From Microcoleaceae cyanobacterium (lineage in GTDB: Bacteria > Cyanobacteriota > Cyanobacteriia > Cyanobacteriales > Microcoleaceae), in contig JBOFUV010000031.1 in NCBI GenBank assembly GCA_051652765.1, positions 1-25,260 on the forward strand: a DNA stretch of 25,260 bases, in the 5' to 3' direction. The position numbers and the translations under genes were made by a program. The notes beneath the pieces are model-generated. The model searched no databases. It was not told the DNA's origin and saw only the letters and a list, made by a program, of their open reading frames with translations. Shown in pieces: positions 18,907 through 25,260 of this stretch (its first letter is position 1; each line of letters starts with the position of its first letter).

Positions 18907-19098
18907 CTGATGGAAAATATTCAGTTTTTAACCGAGGAAATCCAAGCCCTGTAAACCCTGGATTGGGTTTTGACTATCTGGTGAACAAGACTTTGGTTAA
19001 GTTTTCTAGAAATACTGTTCCATCAAGTTGGATTTGAAGTCAAACAGGTACTAAAATTACTAAAGTTCAATGCATAAGCCAAAGGATTTCATATTCCC

Positions 19099-21300
19099 AT
19101 GACACCCTCGCCAAGTTTTGAAAAGACCTCGATTGTGTTAAATCGTTTTTTTGTTAAGCAATTGAATACTCAGGATTGCACAGTTTATGAATATAGCTGT
19201 GCTTTTAAACAAAATCCAGAGCAGGGGGATGAGCAGAGAGAAATTGCTAGTGTATGCTACAAAGTTGGAGTAACTGCGGTCAGACTAGGAAATAAAATTA
19301 TCACTAAAGAACCTGTTGAGTCAGATAAAATGCGGAGCGGTGATTGGGAGTTAAAGGGAGTAGGGACAAGAATATTAAGCTGCGGAAATCCTATTGAGAG
19401 AAAAGCATTAGAAAGCTTTGAGCGGAAACAGCTAGAGTACGGACTAAGAAATTGGTCAAATAAAACTGCTGTTGAAAAAGCTCCTGAAGGTGGACTGATT
19501 TGGTGGATTGCTGGTGGCGAAGGGAAGGAGAAGTCTGGTGATGGTTGGGAAATTCATAGGGGAAGAAGAGTAGATATTGTTATTGACTCTGAAGGTAAGC
19601 TTTACTTAGAGATTGATATACATCATCGTTTCTACACTCCTTGGACACTTCACCAATGGCTAGAGCAATATCCTGATATTCCGATCAACTATGTGCGAAA
19701 TAAATACAAAGATCAGAACAATAACTATATTAGTTGGCGTTATGAGGATATTTCTGATAAAACACCAGATAAGGTGTTGATAGAAGATTTAGGAACCACA
19801 TTGGCTGATTATCATCGCAAACATGGGGCGACAGAGCAAGAAATCCAAAACTCTCATGTTGTTTATGTAAAAAAAGCCAATCAACGGAATGCCAAATTGT
19901 TACCTCATCTCTCTCAAAGGTTATCGCCTAGTCTGACAATGGAGATGCTAGCAAATGTTGCGGAACAGTCTGGGAAGCAAGAAAGTGATAACATTCAAGA
20001 AGTTTTTAATTGCATCAAAAAGAGCTTAGATTTCCGTCTGAAAGAGTCAGGAAAAACTGCTCGACGAATCCTTAATAGGATATACAAAGTTCCTGTTGCT
20101 TCAGAAGCCCTGATAGTTGATGGATATATTTTGCCAAGTGCAAACTTGGTTGCACTCAGTGGATCAGTGAAAAAAGCTGGTGAAGTTCGTTACAAGGGCT
20201 GTGTCAAAGTTGGAGAGACTGATTTTGGTTGCCTCAATCTACTTGATGATCGGCATAAGTATCCTGATGAGGTGAGTAAGTGTATAAGAGAAGTGGCACA
20301 AAAAAGTAATGCACAGATCAATATTGATTCTTATCGAACATTAAATCAATTACCTGAAGGCTCGCTTGATCGGCAAATGTTTTGGCAAGAGTGGGCGAAT
20401 AAAGGAATAAATACAGTTTTGGTAGTTATGCCTCGGTCACCTAATAAGCGTAAGCAGCAAATTAGAGTTGAGGCATTGCAAGCTGGTATTGCCACTCAAT
20501 TTATAGTACCTCAGCCAAAAGCTGATGCTTATAAAGCGATGAATGTAGTATTAGGTTTACTATGCAAAGCAGGTTGGCAGCCTGTACGTTTAGAGCCACT
20601 TGATCATCTTGAAGCCGCAGACCTAATTATTGGTTTTGATACGGGTACAAACCGTGAACTTTATTATGGTACTTCAGCTTTTGCCGTATTAGCAGATGGA
20701 CAAAGCTTAGGTTGGGAACTTCCTGATGTGCAGAGAGGAGAAAGTTTTTCAGGATCAGGAGTTTGGCAAACCGTTTCTAGACTTATTATCAGATTTCATC
20801 AGGTTTGTGCTCGTTATCCTAAAAAGCTTTTGTTAATGAGAGATGGATTAGTTCAAGAGGGAGAGTTTGAACCAACTATCAAGGCGTTACAAGAGAAGGA
20901 TATTGCTGTTGATATTGTAGGAGTACGAAAAAGCGGAGCAGGCAGAATGGGACATGAAGTTATCCAAGGCCAAGAAGTGATATATCGTGATGCACAAAAG
21001 GGAAGTGTTGTATTTACCCCAAAAGAGCGCTCCTTCACTCTAGTAACAACTCAACCCGTTAGTAGAAATATTGGAAGTGTCAGACCTCTGAGAGTTGTAC
21101 ACGAGTACGGGAATACATCTCTTGAGTTATTGGCTCTACAAACTTACCATCTTACTCAATTACATCCTGCAAGTGGTTTCAGTTCTTGTCGATTACCTTG
21201 GGTACTTCATCTAGCCGATAAAAGCAGTAAGGAATTTCAACGTATTGGTCAAATTAGTGTCCTTCAAAACTTAAATCGAGAAAAGCTAATTGCTGTTTAA
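19099..21300 (+). CDS. ago: Long prokaryotic Argonaute (SeAgo-like) with intact catalytic tetrad
   Basis: 733 aa. MID motifs GIATQF and NVVLGLLCKAG. PIWI motifs IIGFD(514), RGE(548), LLMRD(582)G, VRKSG, RLPWVLHLAD(707). C-terminus KLIAV. Closely resembles Synechococcus elongatus Ago as recalled. Confidence 0.95.
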   Translation: MTPSPSFEKTSIVLNRFFVKQLNTQDCTVYEYSCAFKQNPEQGDEQREIASVCYKVGVTAVRLGNKIITKEPVESDKMRSGDWELKGVGTRILSCGNPIERKALESFERKQLEYGLRNWSNKTAVEKAPEGGLIWWIAGGEGKEKSGDGWEIHRGRRVDIVIDSEGKLYLEIDIHHRFYTPWTLHQWLEQYPDIPINYVRNKYKDQNNNYISWRYEDISDKTPDKVLIEDLGTTLADYHRKHGATEQEIQNSHVVYVKKANQRNAKLLPHLSQRLSPSLTMEMLANVAEQSGKQESDNIQEVFNCIKKSLDFRLKESGKTARRILNRIYKVPVASEALIVDGYILPSANLVALSGSVKKAGEVRYKGCVKVGETDFGCLNLLDDRHKYPDEVSKCIREVAQKSNAQINIDSYRTLNQLPEGSLDRQMFWQEWANKGINTVLVVMPRSPNKRKQQIRVEALQAGIATQFIVPQPKADAYKAMNVVLGLLCKAGWQPVRLEPLDHLEAADLIIGFDTGTNRELYYGTSAFAVLADGQSLGWELPDVQRGESFSGSGVWQTVSRLIIRFHQVCARYPKKLLLMRDGLVQEGEFEPTIKALQEKDIAVDIVGVRKSGAGRMGHEVIQGQEVIYRDAQKGSVVFTPKERSFTLVTTQPVSRNIGSVRPLRVVHEYGNTSLELLALQTYHLTQLHPASGFSSCRLPWVLHLADKSSKEFQRIGQISVLQNLNREKLIAV

Positions 21301-21315
21301 TCAAATTACGGATAT

Positions 21316-21627
21316 CGCCTCTCCGCTGGGGAGAAACAAATGTTGGCAATTTCTCTGCTGTGGGGACTGGCTCGCGCATCAGGTCGTCAATTACCCATTG
21401 CGATTGATACGCCGCTCGGTCGGTTAGATTCATCGCATCGGCATAACTTAGTGGAAAAATATTTCCCAACAGCTAGCCATCAAATGATTTTGCTATCTAC
21501 GGATACAGAAATTGGCCCTGTTGAAGTTCAGCAATTGAGAAAGGAAGAGGCCATTTCCCATGAATATTTATTGAAGTATGATCCTAAGTTACGCCAGACT
21601 GTTGTGGAGTCGGGATATTTCTGGTAA
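21316..21627 (+). pseudogene. dndD: 3' remnant of DNA sulfur modification ATPase DndD
   Basis: RLSAGEKQMLAISLLWGLARASGRQLPIAIDTPLGRLDSSHR..LVEKYFPTASHQMILLSTDTEI...GYFW is the DndD C-terminus. Walker A and coiled coil are absent. Confidence 0.9.
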
Positions 21628-21715
21628 CGTGGAGGTCATTTGTAATCCGTAATAGCAACCTGGATTGTGGATTAAGTGAAGAATGACTCTGCTAATGATC
21701 AGATGTTTTGTAGCC

Positions 21716-22051
21716 TTAACCAACCGCAAAACCATCATATTGACGCATGAAAGGGGAATGATAGGCTAAAACGATATCTGCCTTAGGAATGCCAGATTCA
21801 GTTAATTCGTTAGCTACTCCAACCTCCGTACCATCATACTGAACCCAAATTTTCTCACCCTTCAAATCAATATGAATCAGAGCCCCATAAACACGTCTTT
21901 TCTGTAACCAACCCGCCCTCAAAACTTGATAGCGATCGCGCTCATGATCAAACAAAACTCCCATCTCAATCTCACCAAAAGCAGGTTGAATTTGGCTATG
22001 GGCGAGGAGAACTTCTTGAATAATTTTGCGATATTGAGTTACTTTATCCAT
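21716..22051 (-). CDS. xisI: XisI family protein
   Basis: FDHERDRYQV...GW...RVYGALIHIDLKGEKIWVQYDGTE.GVANEL...GIPKADIVLAYH.P..RQY.GFAVG. Confidence 0.93.
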   Translation of the reverse strand: MDKVTQYRKIIQEVLLAHSQIQPAFGEIEMGVLFDHERDRYQVLRAGWLQKRRVYGALIHIDLKGEKIWVQYDGTEVGVANELTESGIPKADIVLAYHSPFMRQYDGFAVG

Positions 22052-22452
22052 TGTAAAATCTTCTCCTCTTCTACATCATAAATGAGCAGATAAAGCTGAT
22101 ATTCCCTTACCCCCTCCTCGATAAATCTAAGACGAAAGAATTCATCATAAGTCTGGCTAGGTACTGCAAGATAAAGGATTCTTGCCGGATCTTGAACTCG
22201 CAATGCTCGTCGGTAGTTCAGGTACTGCCCCACTGCACCGTGAAATTCAGAAATGGCTGAGGGATTTGTAAAACTCTTAATCTCTACAGCAATTTTCTCT
22301 GCACCTCGTTCAGCAGCGAGTAAGCGTTCGGCACCCAAATCAATTTGCATCTGTACCTCCCCATAATCTATCGGAAAGGGGTCATGGGTAATCTGCCATC
22401 CATCTATAATTAGAGCATCTTTGACAAGATAGTGAAACACATCTTTCGCCAT
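22039..22452 (-). CDS. xisH: XisH family PD-(D/E)xK protein
   Basis: MAKDVFH..VK.AL..DGWQITHDP, IDLGAE, KIAVEIKSF, FH.AVGQYLNYR; overlaps xisI. Confidence 0.93.
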   Translation of the reverse strand: MAKDVFHYLVKDALIIDGWQITHDPFPIDYGEVQMQIDLGAERLLAAERGAEKIAVEIKSFTNPSAISEFHGAVGQYLNYRRALRVQDPARILYLAVPSQTYDEFFRLRFIEEGVREYQLYLLIYDVEEEKILQWIK

Positions 22453-22497
22453 GTGATGTTTCAATTCTGAAAAAAGCTATAGCAACCTAATTTTATT

Positions 22498-22890
22498 ATG
22501 GAACCGCCAATCGACCGAATCAAACTCTCTCAAACTGCAAAAGATCAACTGATCAAACTGAAGCGAGTCACCAAGATTGATCAGTGGAATATTCTCTGTC
22601 GCTGGGCACTCTGCCGTTCACTGGCTGAACCGACACCCCCCTCCGCGATTCCAATTCCAATGGATAGCAACGTTGAAATGACCTGGCAAGTTTTTGGGGG
22701 CAACATCGCCGATTTACTTGTAATTTCCCTGAAGCAACGTTGCTATAACGATGGTTTATCAACGGATCAAGAAACTTTGGCTGAACAGCTTAAACTGCAT
22801 CTTCATCGAGGGATTGGTTACTTAGCAGGGGATTCTAATCTCAAAACCATTGAGGATTTTGTAGCGCTTGCAACTAAGAATAATTCGTAA
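22498..22890 (+). CDS. dndE: DNA sulfur modification protein DndE
   Basis: IKLSQTAKDQLIKLKRVTKIDQWNILCRWALCRSLAE, SNVEMTWQVFGG, LHLHRGIGYL. Confidence 0.93.
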   Translation: MEPPIDRIKLSQTAKDQLIKLKRVTKIDQWNILCRWALCRSLAEPTPPSAIPIPMDSNVEMTWQVFGGNIADLLVISLKQRCYNDGLSTDQETLAEQLKLHLHRGIGYLAGDSNLKTIEDFVALATKNNS

Positions 22891-23125
22891 GTTCATATTT
22901 TCCATCTGCGATCCTTTTGAAATACTTTGGCTGAATCGAATCCTTTCGCTTCATTCCCTCACAACGCCGCTCAATTGCTCCTCGAACCATTCCTCTTGGA
23001 TCTTTCGTATTAAAACTATATAGATTCTGATCAGTGATACTCTGAGTGATTTCAGAAGCAGTCAAAGGCTTTTGAGCCTGTGTTAGAACTTCGATGGCAG
23101 CTTGAGCAATTGTTCGCTTTTCCAT
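22874..23125 (-). CDS. Small HARE-HTH-like winged-helix protein
   Basis: TIAQAAIEVLTQAQKPLTASEITQSITDQNLYSFNTKDP pattern. Start placed at MEKRT (23125). Confidence 0.7.
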   Translation of the reverse strand: MEKRTIAQAAIEVLTQAQKPLTASEITQSITDQNLYSFNTKDPRGMVRGAIERRCEGMKRKDSIQPKYFKRIADGKYELTNYS

Positions 23126-23138
23126 TGTTTCTTGAAAG

Positions 23139-24395
23139 TTAAATTTCATCAAACAATAGTAGCTGCTCGCTGCCATCTGGTAACACATGGGGTAACAGTT
23201 TATCGCCTTGGTATTCCGTTCCATCCCACTTGTCTGGCCAAGTGTTTGCCTCGATCAATTCATAAATTCGAGCTAGTTCTTCAGGGTTAATTAAACTGAC
23301 TTCCGATTGATTCAATGCTGTAGCTGCTTGATTTACTTCTGTTTGAATCTGTAAGATTTGCTCTAAAAAATGTTGCCGAGCCTCCATGTGTAACGGCCCT
23401 AGCCGCCCCTGTTTTGCTGCCAATGTCCCATCCTTATTCGTTTCTCGAAACTTCCGCAGTCGATGGTGGGGCTTTTTCATTTCCCGATACAACGGGCGTA
23501 ACTTTCGCAATGGCGCTAAATATTCCCAGCCCTCAGACTTGATAACGGTCTCTAACGCCCGATCTTCCTCCACTAGAGGACAACCAATACAACCCGTTCG
23601 GAGATTTAAAGGTTCTTCTTTCTCAGTTCCTTCAGAACTCATGCCGTAGACCAAAGCGACTTCCTCAGTGGGAAATCCCAAACCCGGAGCCTCAAACATT
23701 AACCAATCCCAAACATTACAGATCCGCCAATGGATTAGGGGTGCTAAAACATCTGCCACCGCTGCCGATGACGTGTGTTGGAACCAGCCTTGACCGCATT
23801 CGCCCCCATCCTTAGAACAACTTAAAGCAATTCGGCGATCCCTAGCTGCACTTTCTCCAATTCTCACCCCAGTCATCCAGAGAAACTTTTCTCCTCGCTC
23901 CTGTCGCAAGTTTTCTAATTCATGCTCCATGCTCATAATTTTGAGCTTTGGCGTACACCAACGAAAGGTATTACTGGGAGGTGGAACCCCCCGACCCAGC
24001 ATGTACACAAAGAAGCGATGATCTAGCCTTGGATAGACAATCCGAGTATCAAACCCTCGCTGTTTTAGCTCCCGCAAAATTCCTAGGGCCGAAGCGTGGA
24101 GTGGTGGTAATTCCTGACGAGTATCGGCGTAAATTACCGATAAACACTCAGGCTGAGGAATCTGACCTGTCTGAATCAAGTGAGCTACTAAAGTTACCGT
24201 TGCCGAGGAGTCCTTGCCGCCGGAAAAGGCGATCACCCAGTGTTTGTAGAGGGAACCGTAGTAACGCAGGGACTCAACCGAAAGTTCTATGCTTTCAGCC
24301 ATTGTCAACCGTTCATCTTCAAATAAAGTTGGACTTGCCATTGTTACCGATGACCTGCAGACCTGATTGTTAATTGCTTGGCTCAGAGCTACCAT
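23139..24395 (-). CDS. PAPS-reductase-family PP-loop protein (DndC-like)
   Basis: AFSGGKDS PP-loop, ADTRQELP, RWCTPKLKI, GVRIGESAARD, RTGCIGCP cysteine motif. Confidence 0.85.
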   Translation of the reverse strand: MVALSQAINNQVCRSSVTMASPTLFEDERLTMAESIELSVESLRYYGSLYKHWVIAFSGGKDSSATVTLVAHLIQTGQIPQPECLSVIYADTRQELPPLHASALGILRELKQRGFDTRIVYPRLDHRFFVYMLGRGVPPPSNTFRWCTPKLKIMSMEHELENLRQERGEKFLWMTGVRIGESAARDRRIALSCSKDGGECGQGWFQHTSSAAVADVLAPLIHWRICNVWDWLMFEAPGLGFPTEEVALVYGMSSEGTEKEEPLNLRTGCIGCPLVEEDRALETVIKSEGWEYLAPLRKLRPLYREMKKPHHRLRKFRETNKDGTLAAKQGRLGPLHMEARQHFLEQILQIQTEVNQAATALNQSEVSLINPEELARIYELIEANTWPDKWDGTEYQGDKLLPHVLPDGSEQLLLFDEI

Positions 24396-24461
24396 TCTAT
24401 CCTTTCCGAGCTGCCAACTCAGTCATACTTAAAATTCACCTTGATGATCTCAGCAAATAGA

Positions 24462-24731
24462 TTAAGAGCCACCGTTCAGTTTTCCCTTATTGAGGATACC
24501 TTTTAGTTTTGCTTCAAGTTCTTGATGACTAGCGATTCCCAAGGCTGCACATAGCAATGATATTTCTTGAGGCTTAGGCATCTCCCCCTGAGTAACCTTG
24601 CGCCAGCACTCCAAGGCAATTTCATTATCTCCATTGTCAGTATCATCAAAAATCTCTTCCAACGATTGCTCTACCAGTTCAAACATCCAATCCTGAATAC
24701 TAGTTTCCTCTTCGACAGTCCGCATTTTCAT
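24462..24731 (-). CDS. Hypothetical protein or HTH-like C-terminal fragment
   Basis: Weak XRE-like tail (GEMPKPQEISLLCAALGI). The 5' part appears disrupted near 24735. Confidence 0.3.
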   Translation of the reverse strand: MKMRTVEEETSIQDWMFELVEQSLEEIFDDTDNGDNEIALECWRKVTQGEMPKPQEISLLCAALGIASHQELEAKLKGILNKGKLNGGS

Positions 24732-24899
24732 CAGACACTGGAGCAGCAACCCGACAAAACCATCGAGGTCGCCCAAGATGCCTTTCTTGGCCACCTGACC
24801 GAATCCGTCCAAGCCCAGACCCAGCAGCAGGTTCACATCGACCAAGTGCAAGCTACCGAAGCCGTTGAAACCGGAATGGAAAAGGGTGAAATCCTGGCC

Positions 24900-25022
24900 C
24901 TAATGGAAGCTCAGAGTCAAAGGAGCCAACAAACGCAAAGAAAGGAATCGTCGGCTTAGAATTTCGGGGCTATCTGCCAGTTGACTAGCAATGTGATCGG
25001 GAATCTCAAGAGTGATTTTCAT
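24900..25022 (-). pseudogene. Truncated UPF0175-like antitoxin N-terminus
   Basis: MKITLEIPDHIASQLADSPEILSRR, then unrelated sequence and an early stop; AAGG upstream. Confidence 0.5.
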
Positions 25023-25076
25023 ATCAAGTACCTTTTAAACAGTTGCCGTTATCAACACCTCTAAAGTTGTTTCTCT

Positions 25077-25260
25077 TCAATCAGGAACATGAATAAGACG
25101 ATTCTCGATCTCCTGACCACTAGAGGTGAAAATTTGTAAGCGAATGACCTCTGAATCACTGGGTCGCCAAGCAACTTGATATCGACGACTGCTGTTTTCC
25201 CATGTATAAATCCGGCGTTCGTTAGTCCCAGAAAGGGTTGCTCCGCTCAAAGATATAGGC
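25077..25260 (-). CDS. 3' end of a hypothetical protein (runs off window)
   Basis: Open frame ...LSGATLSGTNERRIYTWENSSRRYQVAWRPSDSEVIRLQIF...VPD*. Confidence 0.55.
   Translation of the reverse strand, partial: PISLSGATLSGTNERRIYTWENSSRRYQVAWRPSDSEVIRLQIFTSSGQEIENRLIHVPD

Larger units (their letters stand above)
139..25260. mobile_element. tRNA-Pro-integrated genomic/defence island (other boundary and integrase not seen in window)
   Basis: att fragment, excisionase-like gene, ParB-like gene, primase-helicase, pseudogenes and defence cargo. The right extent is unknown. Confidence 0.6.

Noticed and set aside
19099..21627. Ago-DndD read-through fusion (the dndD remnant is in frame with ago beyond a single TAA)
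   Set aside because: Ago ends at the family-typical KLIAV terminus, whose free C-terminus usually contributes to the MID pocket. A frame match has a one-in-three chance.
21716..22464. fdxN-type excision element
   Set aside because: No xisF recombinase is present; xisH/xisI pairs are widespread stand-alone cassettes in cyanobacteria
23139..24395. Calling this gene dndC or cysH
   Set aside because: Only family-level motifs are seen; orientation, length and context do not fit canonical dndC or sulfate assimilation
1449..24959. Numerous short ORFs overlapping the larger genes (e.g. 5396-5818, 10370-10789, 13651-14118, 17590-17961, 23948-24373)
   Set aside because: Shadow frames of well-supported genes with no recognisable motifs

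Overview
Cyanobacterial DNA (about a dozen HIP1 GCGATCGC octamers, plus Uma2 and XisH/XisI genes). The window covers one end of a genomic island integrated at tRNA-Pro(GGG). At 97-138 lies the duplicated 3' half of the tRNA (att site). It is followed by an excisionase-like gene, a ParB-like gene with repeated ATCTGG-N8-CCAGAT palindromes, and a Zn-finger/TOPRIM/DUF3987 primase-helicase containing iteron-like repeats. Decayed cargo follows (DUF433/DUF5615 toxin-antitoxin pair, TPR gene, recD2). The rest is a DNA-phosphorothioation (Dnd)-associated defence cluster: putative methyltransferase, PLD-helicase restriction gene (in-frame nonsense), small protein, SMC-like ATPase, a dnd-associated protein 4 stub, a stand-alone sulfur-binding-domain (SBD) gene and an SBD-HNH nuclease. 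An intact long prokaryotic Argonaute (SeAgo-like, DEDD tetrad) sits where dndB-dndC-5'dndD would be expected, directly against a 3' dndD remnant. After it come xisI/xisH, dndE and a convergent DndC-like PAPS-reductase gene. All family calls are from motif recognition, not database searches.
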